Source: an uncultured bacterium
GTDB lineage: Bacteria > Schekmanbacteria > GWA2-38-11 > J061
Assembly: GCA_964549305.1 (NCBI GenBank)
Contig: CAZJVM010000021.1
Span: 1 to 24,675, forward strand
Direction of reading: 5' to 3'
DNA length: 24,675 nucleotides
Positions 9,882 to 19,709 of the stretch are shown piece by piece. The notes beneath the pieces were generated by a model, which saw nothing but the letters and a program-made list of their open reading frames with translations, was not told the DNA's origin and searched no databases. A program made the translations under genes and the position numbers. Position 1 is the first letter of the stretch, and the number at the start of each line of letters is the position of its first letter.

Positions 9882-11136
9882 TTGTGAGAGATTTTTCTCC
9901 CGAAAAGAAAACCCCCAGCCAAACCGCCCAAAATGGCACAAGCACATAGAAATGACGCGCGCAGGCACTAACAAGCGAGCTTGCACCAAATCCCAATAAT
10001 CCAAACAAGATTAATATAATAATTTCTTCCGGAATATCTTTTCGCGCCTTCCATGCCGGATAAAGAGAAAAAAGCATTACCGCAAAAACAAGACTGTTTG
10101 GAAAAACCCAGAAAAACCATAGTATCTTTTTTAGTGGTTTAGATTTATAAGAATAGGGATAATCAATTAGCATACGCCCGACATTTGAAGCAATGTTGCG
10201 TAAATATTTTTCCGGATATTCCATTATATTGATTAATGCCTGTTTTCTGAAGGCATTATCTTTTTCTATGAGATTAAGACCTTCAATCTTTTCAAAAAAA
10301 TCACCGTGATTTTTGGCAAGCGGCTTTATTTCTCTTACTTCTTTTAACTGATAGCAGTCTCCAAATTCGTTGGGATAGGGAGAAGACATCCAGTAGAGAT
10401 TAAGCCCTCCCGAGTTACCCCAGTAGAATATTTTACCGGTCAATGAATAGGTATAGAGAAGGTAAGGAAAGCATAAGAGCATTGCAAGACAACAAATCAA
10501 AAAACATTTTTTAGCAGAAAACTCCTTTAATAATATGTAATAAACGAAACTAAAAGCAATCATGAATAAAACAACATATCCAAAAATTATTTTGGTTAGC
10601 ATCAGCCAGGCAAGAACAAATCCTGCCATAAAAAAGTAACTATTAAACATTTTCTTATGAATTGCCTGACGGCAGAAACAAAAAGAAAATACAGTCGTTA
10701 AAAATACAGTTAACGTTTCAGTATTCAAAAAATGGAGATTAGACATGAAAGGAAAATACATCCCAAAGAAAACTGCAAAATATCTTGCCTTGTTTCTTTT
10801 AATATAGAGGCAGAGAGTCTTGTAAAAAAAGATTACAGCGCCAAAAAGGAAAAATGCGTTAGCAAACTTTGCGGTAATCCATGGTAATTTCATTGCAGCA
10901 AATGGCACTAATACAATAGGGTATCCCGGACCATTCCAAAGCTTCGCATTTTCGATGCCTGAGGGAGAATAAAATCCGTGAAGGAGATTTTTAGCAAAAT
11001 AGACATACCGCCACTCATCTCCATGAAAATAGCTCTTAGAAAGATAACAAATCACAAAAAGATAAAGAAACAGAAGGGAGAGAAAAATCCCGTAGTTTTT
11101 AGAAAAAGTCGGGATGATTTTTTCTTCGCTTTCCAT
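9856..11136 (-). CDS. Multi-pass membrane protein, probable GT-C (ArnT/PMT-like) glycosyltransferase
   Basis: Many TM segments. DE motif (HGDEWRY) after TM1, followed by a PGYP motif and a later TETL motif, as typical of GT-C-fold enzymes. Last gene of an envelope cluster. Confidence 0.65.
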   Translation of the reverse strand: MESEEKIIPTFSKNYGIFLSLLFLYLFVICYLSKSYFHGDEWRYVYFAKNLLHGFYSPSGIENAKLWNGPGYPIVLVPFAAMKLPWITAKFANAFFLFGAVIFFYKTLCLYIKRNKARYFAVFFGMYFPFMSNLHFLNTETLTVFLTTVFSFCFCRQAIHKKMFNSYFFMAGFVLAWLMLTKIIFGYVVLFMIAFSFVYYILLKEFSAKKCFLICCLAMLLCFPYLLYTYSLTGKIFYWGNSGGLNLYWMSSPYPNEFGDCYQLKEVREIKPLAKNHGDFFEKIEGLNLIEKDNAFRKQALINIMEYPEKYLRNIASNVGRMLIDYPYSYKSKPLKKILWFFWVFPNSLVFAVMLFSLYPAWKARKDIPEEIIILILFGLLGFGASSLVSACARHFYVLVPFWAVWLGVFFSGEKSLTTTALQRER

Positions 11137-11178
11137 CTATAATTACTCGCAACTCCTTACATTTAATTTCTATTATAA

Positions 11179-12306
11179 TTATTCCAGCAGTTCAGAATAT
11201 ATATTTTCAATCCCTGCAGCATAAGATTCAGCGCTGAATTTTTCCCGCACTCTATCATAGCCCTTTTCGGAAAACTGACGACTCAATTGTGAATCCTTTA
11301 AAAGCTTTAAAATATTTTGCGCGAGCATATCTGAATCTCCGGGATTTATAATCAATCCGCTTTCACCATTCTCTATTACCTCTGTAATTCCTCCCGTATC
11401 GGTTCCTATTACAGGTTTTTTCATTGCCATCGCCTCTATGATTCCCCTTCCGAAACCTTCATTTGCTCCTTCAAGGGACGGAAATACTGCAATATCAAAA
11501 ATCGAAGTGATTGCGGCAACATCTCTTCTGAATCCCGTAAAAATGAGATTCTCCGAAACTCCGAGTTTCGATGCCTCGTTTTTCAAAAAGGCCATATATT
11601 CCATTTCCTTTTTCGAAGTCTCACCTACTATAAACACCTTAAACTCCGGAATTTCTTTTTTTAAAAGAGCGGATGCCTTTATCATTTCCAACTGCCCCTT
11701 TTCAGGGGATACTCTTCCCACAAGCCCTATGACAGGAACGGTTTTCCCTACGGAAAAATCCCTTCGAACCAATCCTCTGTCATATTTGTCCGCGTCAAAC
11801 TCCGACATCTCGACGCCGTTATAAATCACCTGAATTTTTTCATCCTTATCCCAATCCGCAAAACCCTGAGCAACAGCACGGGAAACGCATATAATTTTTT
11901 GCGCTTTTAAAACTTTGTATTTTCTGATTTTGTCTTCCGAAAAGGTATTTCTTATATGGCATACAAGAGGAATTCCGAGACTTTCCGCAATCTTGTGACC
12001 GTAAGGATTATCCCAAAGAGTATTGCAGTGAATCAATGAAACATTTTCTTTTTTGGCAAAACTTATAAGTTTTCCTATTGTGGAAGGGCGGCTGAAAAAA
12101 CCCTTCGCCTTTCTCCACATCTCCATTTTCACAACTTCAAAGGACAATCCGGCTTTTTCCATTTCAACGGAAAAGGGCCCTTTTGCGGAAGTGACAACTG
12201 CGGAAGAAAACTTTTTTTTGTCGAGGTTTTTTACAAGGAGAAGAAGACTCTCTATTGCGCCTCCCATCCTTGTAACACCCTGAATATATAGTATCTTATG
12301 AAGCAT
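11179..12306 (-). CDS. Glycosyltransferase family 4 (GT-B)
   Basis: GGAIES, IYNGVE, VGRVSPEKG, EGFGRGIIEAMAMKKPVI (EX7E). Confidence 0.93.
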   Translation of the reverse strand: MLHKILYIQGVTRMGGAIESLLLLVKNLDKKKFSSAVVTSAKGPFSVEMEKAGLSFEVVKMEMWRKAKGFFSRPSTIGKLISFAKKENVSLIHCNTLWDNPYGHKIAESLGIPLVCHIRNTFSEDKIRKYKVLKAQKIICVSRAVAQGFADWDKDEKIQVIYNGVEMSEFDADKYDRGLVRRDFSVGKTVPVIGLVGRVSPEKGQLEMIKASALLKKEIPEFKVFIVGETSKKEMEYMAFLKNEASKLGVSENLIFTGFRRDVAAITSIFDIAVFPSLEGANEGFGRGIIEAMAMKKPVIGTDTGGITEVIENGESGLIINPGDSDMLAQNILKLLKDSQLSRQFSEKGYDRVREKFSAESYAAGIENIYSELLE

Positions 12307-12349
12307 AGAAATGAGTGGAAGCAGTCAATTCAATATAGCGTATATCCCT

Positions 12350-13762
12350 TTACTGCACATAACCGAGCGCTTTCAAATCTCTTGCTTTATCGGCAGGGAT
12401 TTCATCGTTTCTTGCATAAGCGTAGGGATATTTTTTTCTGAACACCTTTATTTCATCGAGCAGAGAATCGGCAACAACCGTATTTTCCGGAGAAAGATTA
12501 TTTAATTCGCCACTGTCGGTTTCCAAATTGTAAAGTTCCGTTTTTTCCGAAGGGAAACTTGCGATGAGCTTCCACGGCATTGATATTACCGCAATCTGCT
12601 CTTCGGCAAGAAAAGGCCTGAGTATGGTTTTTGCTTTTCGCCTCTGCACGAATATGGACCTCTTTTCATTCACATCCCCGCCCTTATTTAGAAAGCGTGT
12701 CAGACTTTCACCGTTAAAGGCGTCGTACCGGGACAGGTCGTCTCCCAACAGGTCAACAACGGTAGGCGCTATGTCTATCTGCTGGATGGGATAGGATATT
12801 TTTTTATTCCTGTCGATTTTTCCGTCCCACCTAATAACGGTAAGCACTTTTATCGTAGGATTGAACAGAAACTCCCCGTGATCAAAAGCATAAACTTCTT
12901 TTTCCTGAAGTTCCGCCATATCCTCGCCATGATCCGAAGCAACAATATACAGAGGAGGAACATCTTCACTTCCGGTATATTTTTCGATTTCCTTAACTGT
13001 TTTCCCAAAGTAATAATCAAGAAAAGCTATTTCACCATCATAGAGAGATGTCATATAATCAATTTCGCGATTGTTGTACTTCAAGGGAGGGTCATCAAGA
13101 AATTCCCTGTCCTTGGGAATCTGCCCCCTGTAACCATCATTAAAAAGGCTGTTAAAGGGATAGGGAGAGTCATAATCGTAATGTGGGTCAAAATAATGAA
13201 TCCAGAGAAAGAATGAATCTTTTCCGTTCTCCTTTAACCATTCTTTCACTATCTTAAATGTTGCGTCCGCTTTTCTCTCATCTTCCGGCGAAGATATATA
13301 ATCGAACCCTTTAAGACCAAGGTCATCGGGATTCAGATGCGTCCTGCTTACAATTGCCGCGGTTTTGTCTATCCCGAAATCTTTTGCCCATTGCGCGAGG
13401 GAAAAAGCATTGTCATCGAAAATCCTATATCCGTTTCCCATAACGCCGTGCACTCTCGGATACAATCCCGTCATAATGGACGTATGGGCGGGATCAGTGG
13501 TGGGAAGAGCGCTGAACGCATTGGTAAAATAAACACTCTTTTGGGAAAAGGCATCTATGTTGGGGGTGGTATTCTTTTCGTATCCGCTATATCCCAAATG
13601 ATCGTATCTGAGGGTATCGAGAGTAATAAGAACGATTCTTCTTTTTACGGTTTGGGAATATTCCGGCGCCGAAAATGATTGTTCATCAGTTACCAACCCG
13701 GAGTTTACAGTAAAATAGATACCGAAAATCAGGAATGAAAGAATAATTAAAATTTTTTTCAT
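12350..13762 (-). CDS. Exported/membrane-anchored sulfatase-like hydrolase/transferase
   Basis: From ATG 13762, MKKILIILSFLIFGIYF (signal/anchor). Motifs ITLDTLRYDH, PTTDPAHTSIMTG, HYFDPH, ASDHGE and C-terminal LKALGY. The ORF track start (13825) lies inside msbA. Confidence 0.88.
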   Translation of the reverse strand: MKKILIILSFLIFGIYFTVNSGLVTDEQSFSAPEYSQTVKRRIVLITLDTLRYDHLGYSGYEKNTTPNIDAFSQKSVYFTNAFSALPTTDPAHTSIMTGLYPRVHGVMGNGYRIFDDNAFSLAQWAKDFGIDKTAAIVSRTHLNPDDLGLKGFDYISSPEDERKADATFKIVKEWLKENGKDSFFLWIHYFDPHYDYDSPYPFNSLFNDGYRGQIPKDREFLDDPPLKYNNREIDYMTSLYDGEIAFLDYYFGKTVKEIEKYTGSEDVPPLYIVASDHGEDMAELQEKEVYAFDHGEFLFNPTIKVLTVIRWDGKIDRNKKISYPIQQIDIAPTVVDLLGDDLSRYDAFNGESLTRFLNKGGDVNEKRSIFVQRRKAKTILRPFLAEEQIAVISMPWKLIASFPSEKTELYNLETDSGELNNLSPENTVVADSLLDEIKVFRKKYPYAYARNDEIPADKARDLKALGYVQ

Positions 13763-13781
13763 ATTATCCGGGATTAATGAG

Positions 13782-15572
13782 TTATAAGCCTTTGTTCTGC
13801 GCAGAGTCCTTAAATTGTATCTCATAAAGTTTACTGTACACGCCTTTTTTCCGGAGTAATTCCTCGTGCCTGCCGGTTTCGGAGATTCTTCCTTCGGAAA
13901 GAACGATAATTTTATCAGCGTGTATTATCGTTGAAAGTCTGTGAGCGATTACAAATGTTGTCCTTTTTTTCATCAGATTCTCAAGCGCTCTTTGAACCAT
14001 TTTCTCCGATTCCGAATCAAGCGCTGAAGTTGCCTCGTCAAGAATAAGAATATCGGGATTTTTGAGAATTGCCCTTGCAATGGATATTCTCTGCTTCTCG
14101 CCTCCCGAAAGTCTTATTCCTCTCTCCCCTATCACCGTATCATAACCCTCCGGAAAGACGCTGATAAAGTTGTGGGCAAATGCAAGTTTTGCCGCATCGA
14201 TTATTTCCTCTTCACTGGCATCAGGCCTTCCATAGGCAATATTATTTTTTATGGAATCATTAAAAAGAAATGTTTCCTGAGTGACAATTCCTATCAGGGA
14301 GCGAAGCGATGCAAAAGACATCTTTGAAATATCCGTTCCGTCTATGGAAATAATCCCTTCCGTGGGATCGTAAAATCGTGGTATCAGATCAACAAGCGTG
14401 GATTTTCCCACACCGCTCGGGCCTACAATTGCCGCGATTTCACCTTTGTTGACAGTACAGTTTATATTCTTCAATATCAGTCCGTCATTTGAATCATACA
14501 TAAATGACACATCTTTGAACTCTATCTTTTCCTTTAATTTATCAATAGCCACGGGACATTCTGCCTCTTTGATTTCCGGCTTTGTATCTATCAGGGCAAA
14601 CACCCTTTCAGCGCCTGCCATTGCCTTTTGAACTGCATTATTCATCTTTGTAAGTTTTCTTAAAGGATCATACAAAAGCGCAAGGGCAGTCAAAAATGAG
14701 AAAAATGTTCCCGGAGTGCTGTATCCGTTAATTACACGAAACCCTCCGTACCAAAGAATGAGCGCGCCCGCTATAGCTCCTAAAAATTCCATAAGGGGAG
14801 AGCTTATTTCGTTTACACGCACACTCTTCATACTTATGTCGAAATTTCTTTTATTCACCTTCTGAAACTTTCTTTTTTCGTATTCTTCCATTGCGAAAGC
14901 TTTCACTATCTTAATTCCCGTAAAAGACTCCTGCAGCACGGAATTGAGGGTTGCCGTGTTTTCAAGACTTTTCTTGCTGATTTTCTTAATTTTTTTCCCA
15001 AAGGAATTCATCATTATGCCTACGAAGGGAAGGATAAATATTGCAATTATTGCAAGCTGCCAGTCCTGATAAAAAAGCACTGCCACAAGTGAAAGAAGAG
15101 TGAATATCTGTCGCAGAAGGTCAGGGATAATATCTGATGCCACCGATGAGAGAATCTTCACATCGTTTGTAATCCTCGACATTAGGGCGCCGCAGGGTAT
15201 TTTCTGAAAAAATGAAAGGCTCAAACTCTGTGTGTGATAATAAAGGTCTCTGCGAATTTCCATAACCACCTTGAGCGCAACATGCTTCATAAGGTAATTT
15301 TGCGTATATCGGGATATCCCCTGTATCGCGAAAAGAATTAAAATGCCTATGGGAAGAAGCACAAGCTTAGTTTTATCTCCTTTAAGAAATATATCATCGA
15401 GCGAAGGTTTTACCGCCCAGGCGGTTAGTCCCTTCGTGGAAGATACTACAAGAGCAAATGAAGTGCCTATGACAAGTCTGACCCAGTACTTCTTCACATA
15501 GACAAATATTCTCGCGTATAGCGAAATTAAAGCTGTGCTGCCAATTTTTTCTCTTTTTCTTTTTTTTCCCAT
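13782..15572 (-). CDS. msbA: Lipid A/LPS flippase-type ABC transporter (TMD + NBD)
   Basis: N-terminal TM domain, Walker A GPSGVGKST, signature LSGGEKQR, Walker B ILILDEATSALD, IAHRLST; adjacent to an O-antigen ligase and GTs. Confidence 0.85.
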   Translation of the reverse strand: MGKKRKREKIGSTALISLYARIFVYVKKYWVRLVIGTSFALVVSSTKGLTAWAVKPSLDDIFLKGDKTKLVLLPIGILILFAIQGISRYTQNYLMKHVALKVVMEIRRDLYYHTQSLSLSFFQKIPCGALMSRITNDVKILSSVASDIIPDLLRQIFTLLSLVAVLFYQDWQLAIIAIFILPFVGIMMNSFGKKIKKISKKSLENTATLNSVLQESFTGIKIVKAFAMEEYEKRKFQKVNKRNFDISMKSVRVNEISSPLMEFLGAIAGALILWYGGFRVINGYSTPGTFFSFLTALALLYDPLRKLTKMNNAVQKAMAGAERVFALIDTKPEIKEAECPVAIDKLKEKIEFKDVSFMYDSNDGLILKNINCTVNKGEIAAIVGPSGVGKSTLVDLIPRFYDPTEGIISIDGTDISKMSFASLRSLIGIVTQETFLFNDSIKNNIAYGRPDASEEEIIDAAKLAFAHNFISVFPEGYDTVIGERGIRLSGGEKQRISIARAILKNPDILILDEATSALDSESEKMVQRALENLMKKRTTFVIAHRLSTIIHADKIIVLSEGRISETGRHEELLRKKGVYSKLYEIQFKDSAQNKGL

Positions 15573-16831
15573 TGTTCTTCCGGAATGTTTATAACTTCCA
15601 ACTCCTTATATTCCCGTTGTCCGACACAGGACATAGCCAGTCCCATTACTATCATTATAAGCATCATCATCCTGCTTCTGAAAAAACTTCCAACGACGCC
15701 GTGAAAGAGAATTGCTATTACTCCCATTATACATCCTATAAGGATTGCTTCCACCATTGTACCTTCATTTTTCTTCCAGGCGCCTTTTACTGCCCTGAAG
15801 AAGGAAAAGAAGAAGTAAAACTGTACTATTAAGCCGGCAATCCCGTTCTCCACAAGAGTTTCGAGCATCTGATTGTGAGCGTGACCTAATTCCTGCTTTG
15901 CCCTTTTCGGTTTATATCCCTTTTCCACATAAAGCTTATAAAATATGCCCGAGCCCGTACCTGCACCGATAACAGGATATTTCTTGATTATTTTCACTGC
16001 GCCTTTCCAGACAAAGGGTCTCTCCACGAGCACTTTTCCGGGTTTCATATAATCCTTGAAGTCAAATATGGTAGTTACGCGCTTCATTATGCTCACAGGA
16101 AGTAAAAGGGGCAGTACGGCAAGTACAACAGCAATTGCGCCGAGAATTCTTCTGTCGTAAAAAAGCGCCGTAATTATTATGGCAAGAGGTAGCGAAAGCC
16201 ACGTGCCCCTTGACTGTGTAAAAATGATTAACATTATAGACACAAGAGCGAAAATTGCCGCGGGAACGCGCGTTTTCCAGCCTTTTGCCTTAATCAAAAT
16301 AACGAATATTATTGGAAAAACGAGGTCTGCAAACATACCCACTTTATTGTGATGCCCCAGTGTTGCCTGCAGTTTTCCTCCAACCGGTCTCAGAAATGAG
16401 AAATACTCAACAAGACCGTAAATGCTCATTAAAATAAAAGATGTCATAAGAAACCAGACGAGGCGTTTTATGCTTTTTTCATTGTCTATGAAGTTGATTA
16501 TGGCAAAAAACACAAAAACAGATTTTAAAACTTCGCTTCTGAAATAATCGAGACTGCAAAGCATATCCACCGAAAAAAAAGCTGAAATAAGTGATACAAA
16601 GAACATTAGCGCCAAAGGAATATTGAGCATAGTCTTTTTGAAAACAACGCGCTTTTCAATCGCCATAATGGCAACCCAGGATATCCCCATTACGACAAGA
16701 GATACCGCGGAAAGACTTGCCCTGTGATTGAATGGGAGTACAACCACATAAACAAGAATGCATATCTCAATGAGAAGTCCAAGATATTCGGAATTTTTTG
16801 ACTGATAATTCATAAAATCGGCTTCTTTCAC
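15527..16831 (-). CDS. waaL: O-antigen ligase family (Wzy_C) membrane protein
   Basis: Multi-TM. TQSRGTW, PVIGAGTG, HAHNQMLETLVENGIAG (conserved His). GTG start with AAGGA upstream. Confidence 0.82.
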   Translation of the reverse strand: MKEADFMNYQSKNSEYLGLLIEICILVYVVVLPFNHRASLSAVSLVVMGISWVAIMAIEKRVVFKKTMLNIPLALMFFVSLISAFFSVDMLCSLDYFRSEVLKSVFVFFAIINFIDNEKSIKRLVWFLMTSFILMSIYGLVEYFSFLRPVGGKLQATLGHHNKVGMFADLVFPIIFVILIKAKGWKTRVPAAIFALVSIMLIIFTQSRGTWLSLPLAIIITALFYDRRILGAIAVVLAVLPLLLPVSIMKRVTTIFDFKDYMKPGKVLVERPFVWKGAVKIIKKYPVIGAGTGSGIFYKLYVEKGYKPKRAKQELGHAHNQMLETLVENGIAGLIVQFYFFFSFFRAVKGAWKKNEGTMVEAILIGCIMGVIAILFHGVVGSFFRSRMMMLIMIVMGLAMSCVGQREYKELEVINIPEEQWEKKEKEKKLAAQL

Positions 16832-16841
16832 CTATCCTTTT

Positions 16842-17978
16842 TTAAAGCGGCACAGATTTGTTTCTGAGAAGGTTAAAATATAAATCCTCTGTTTTTTCAA
16901 TCATTTTTTCTATTGAAAACAACTCTGTCGCCCTGCTTCTCGCCTTTTCTCCGAACCTTTTCCTCTGTTCATCATCTTGAAGAAGGTTGAGAATTTTCGC
17001 TCCCATTTCCTTGTAATCTCCCGCTTTAACGAGATACCCCGTTTCTCCGTCCAGTATCGCTTCGCCGTTTCCCCCTACATCGGTTGCAACCATAGGCACA
17101 CACGATGACATGGATTCGAGGACAACATTCGAAAATCCCTCTTTAAGCGAGCTTAACACGGAAATGTGCGAAGCATGTAGTATGCTGACCATATCATCTC
17201 TTTTGCCCGTAAGGACGACTTTATCGGAAATGCCGAATTTTCGTGAAAGATCGATTATCTCTTCCCTGCATTTTCCCGAACCGACAATAAAAAACCTTAC
17301 ATCTCCCCTATAACCTTTTATAATCTCCCTTGCCGCATATAGAAAAGTCTTATGGTCTTTCTGCGGAACCAGACGTGAAATATTTGAAACCACCAAGGTG
17401 TTATCATCTATTTTAAACTCCCTTGCAAATTCTTCCGGCATTTCTCCCGGACGAAACAAGTTTGTGTCAACTCCGTTGTAAATCACTTCGCATTTCGAAC
17501 CGTCAAATCCGGTTTTTGCAACATAATCTCTTTTCACTTCTTCGGATACGGCAATGACGGCATCTCTGAATCTGTTCACAAATCTGTCCATTGCAATCTG
17601 CCTCTTCGTATCCCACTGCGAAACATTGTGGACATTTGAAATAACAACGGGGATTTTCGCCATTTTCGCTGAAATCGTTCCCGACACATTGGGACGGTAC
17701 ATATGAGTGTGGACAATATGTGCCGAAATTTTCCGAAGAAGTGCCGAAAGCGCGCGAATGCTTCCCGGATGAATCCTCCCTTTGAAAGGAACGAGATAAA
17801 CCGGAATATCTTTTTTTTCCAATTCTTCCGCAAGTTCGCCTTTTTCCCTTATGCAGACTACTGATATGTTGAATTTATCCTTAAGGCGGGGAAGAATGGA
17901 AACAAGACGCCTTTCCACGCCTCCTACGGGAAGGTCAGATATTATCCTTACAAGATTTATTTTTCCCATATTCTTCAA
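16842..17978 (-). CDS. Glycosyltransferase family 4 (GT-B)
   Basis: GGVERR, IYNGVD, SRLVPQKD, EGFSNVVLESM, ATDVGG. Start may be ATG 17969. Confidence 0.93.
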   Translation of the reverse strand: MKNMGKINLVRIISDLPVGGVERRLVSILPRLKDKFNISVVCIREKGELAEELEKKDIPVYLVPFKGRIHPGSIRALSALLRKISAHIVHTHMYRPNVSGTISAKMAKIPVVISNVHNVSQWDTKRQIAMDRFVNRFRDAVIAVSEEVKRDYVAKTGFDGSKCEVIYNGVDTNLFRPGEMPEEFAREFKIDDNTLVVSNISRLVPQKDHKTFLYAAREIIKGYRGDVRFFIVGSGKCREEIIDLSRKFGISDKVVLTGKRDDMVSILHASHISVLSSLKEGFSNVVLESMSSCVPMVATDVGGNGEAILDGETGYLVKAGDYKEMGAKILNLLQDDEQRKRFGEKARSRATELFSIEKMIEKTEDLYFNLLRNKSVPL

Positions 17979-19108
17979 AGAGACTGCCTTTTGGCAACCA
18001 ATTCGTAGTAGAAGTCCTCTATACCCTTTATCCTGCTTTCAAGGGAAAATTTTTCAAGAATGAGTTTGTAGGCATTCTCACCCATTTCATTAAGCGTTTT
18101 TTTATTTTTCACCATTTCCATTACCGCTCTTGCAAGAGCAGAAGAATCTTTCGGAGGCACTAAAATTCCCGTTACCCCCTCTAAAACAAGTTCGGGATTA
18201 CCTGCTATTTTTGTTGCTACAACGGGCTTTTTCATGGCAAAGGACTCCCTTATGGCGCCCGTCAGTCCTTCCCCGTCATAGGAAGCGTTTACCGTTAAAT
18301 CCATTGCCGATATAATCTCCGGTATGTCTTCCCTGAATCCTGTAAAAATTATCCTGTCATCTATTCCAAGCTCCTTTATTCTTGTCTCAAGAGCTTTGAA
18401 TGTGTCCCTCTCTTCGTTATATCTTCCCACGGCAAAAAAGAGGGAATCGGGAAATTCTTCGAGAACCTTTTTTGCCGCTTCCGCAAAATATATATGCCCC
18501 TTCCACCTTCGTATATTTGCAATAATTCCTATAACCGGATAATGGGCGCCGATTTTAAATTCCTCCCTGAAAGGAGAAGAAGTCGTCTGCCAGTTGAATC
18601 TTTCAAGATCAGTGCCTCCGTAAATGACGCGTGCCTTCTCTTCTTTAATGCCCGAACTTTTAATCAAGATATCCCTGACAACATTTGACACACAAACTAC
18701 ACCGTCAAGGCGCGAAAGGCGGTATTTAAATCCGTTAAAAATATCAAGGGGGAACATCACTCCCCTGTTTGCGAGAAGCGCCGTGCGCCTGTTTCCCACA
18801 AGCGCGGCAAGCGAAAGAGTTAACGCCAGTCCCTTGTGCGCGTGAATAACATCGGCATTGAAATCCTTTATAATCCTCCTCAAACACATAAGGGAAGCAA
18901 AATCAAACTCACCCTTCATCGGGATAGTTTTATAAGGGATTCCGAATTCCTCCGCCTTCGCCATTGATTGTTTTCCCGGCTTTATTATGAGAAGCGAATT
19001 ATGACCCTTCTCCTTCAGCGCCCTTGCAAGCTGATACGCCTGAAGAGTCCCGCCGCTGTGACACCCCGCCCTTGGAATAATCTGAATAATATTGAGTTTT
19101 CTCTTCAT
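17975..19108 (-). CDS. Glycosyltransferase family 4 (GT-B)
   Basis: HSGGTLQ, DVIHAH, ANIRRWKGH, EGLTGAIRESFAMKKPVV. Confidence 0.92.
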   Translation of the reverse strand: MKRKLNIIQIIPRAGCHSGGTLQAYQLARALKEKGHNSLLIIKPGKQSMAKAEEFGIPYKTIPMKGEFDFASLMCLRRIIKDFNADVIHAHKGLALTLSLAALVGNRRTALLANRGVMFPLDIFNGFKYRLSRLDGVVCVSNVVRDILIKSSGIKEEKARVIYGGTDLERFNWQTTSSPFREEFKIGAHYPVIGIIANIRRWKGHIYFAEAAKKVLEEFPDSLFFAVGRYNEERDTFKALETRIKELGIDDRIIFTGFREDIPEIISAMDLTVNASYDGEGLTGAIRESFAMKKPVVATKIAGNPELVLEGVTGILVPPKDSSALARAVMEMVKNKKTLNEMGENAYKLILEKFSLESRIKGIEDFYYELVAKRQSL

Positions 19109-19126
19109 TCCCTTACCCGGAAGCGC

Positions 19127-19690
19127 TTATACCTTTGCGGAAGTTATATCATTCTGTGCCTGATATTTCCCCTTCCTGTCGGCATAGGAAACGAGGCAGG
19201 TTTCGTCACTTTCAATGAATACCACCTGTGAAATACCTTCCATGGCATACAATTTTACTGCCTGCGATGAAATATTGGATATGGCAATAGTTATATATCC
19301 TTCCCATTCCGGCTCAAGGGGAGTGATATTAACCAGCACTCCGCATCGCGCGTAAGTTGATTTTCCCCAGCACAGAGCAATTGTGTTTCTTGGAATCCTG
19401 AAATATTCGTATGACCGTCCAAGGACTGTAGTGCCCGGCGCAAGCTCAAAGACATCACCCTTAAATGTCTCATATCCGTATTTTGCGGAATCTTTCGGAT
19501 CTGTGATAATTTGCCCCGATGATTCGTTTTTTTTCACAATCCTGAACTCATCATACAATCTCAGGTCATAACCGTAGGAAGAAAGTCCGAATGATATCTT
19601 CCCTTCGCTCACAAGACCCTCTTCAAAAGGCTCTATCATTTTCTTTTCAATGCACATTTTTTTTATCCACCTGTCAGCTTTTGCAGGCAT
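19127..19690 (-). CDS. dcd: dCTP deaminase homolog lacking the canonical catalytic Glu (TLE->TIA)
   Basis: MIEPF, SSYGYD, GKSTYARCG, TPLEPEWEG, SYADRKGKYQ identify the Dcd family. GGAGG RBS at 19703-19699. Residue 136 is Ala (GCC, 19285-19283). Confidence 0.9.
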   Translation of the reverse strand: MPAKADRWIKKMCIEKKMIEPFEEGLVSEGKISFGLSSYGYDLRLYDEFRIVKKNESSGQIITDPKDSAKYGYETFKGDVFELAPGTTVLGRSYEYFRIPRNTIALCWGKSTYARCGVLVNITPLEPEWEGYITIAISNISSQAVKLYAMEGISQVVFIESDETCLVSYADRKGKYQAQNDITSAKV

Positions 19691-19709
19691 AAAAGATTCC
19701 TCCGCGTAT

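Noticed and set aside
15545-15570. A-rich tract (A8 on the minus strand) in the 46-bp waaL/msbA overlap as a phase-variation or slippage site
   Set aside because: Both ORFs are intact, the tract encodes Lys/Arg/Glu-rich ends, and A7-A8 runs are common in this window.
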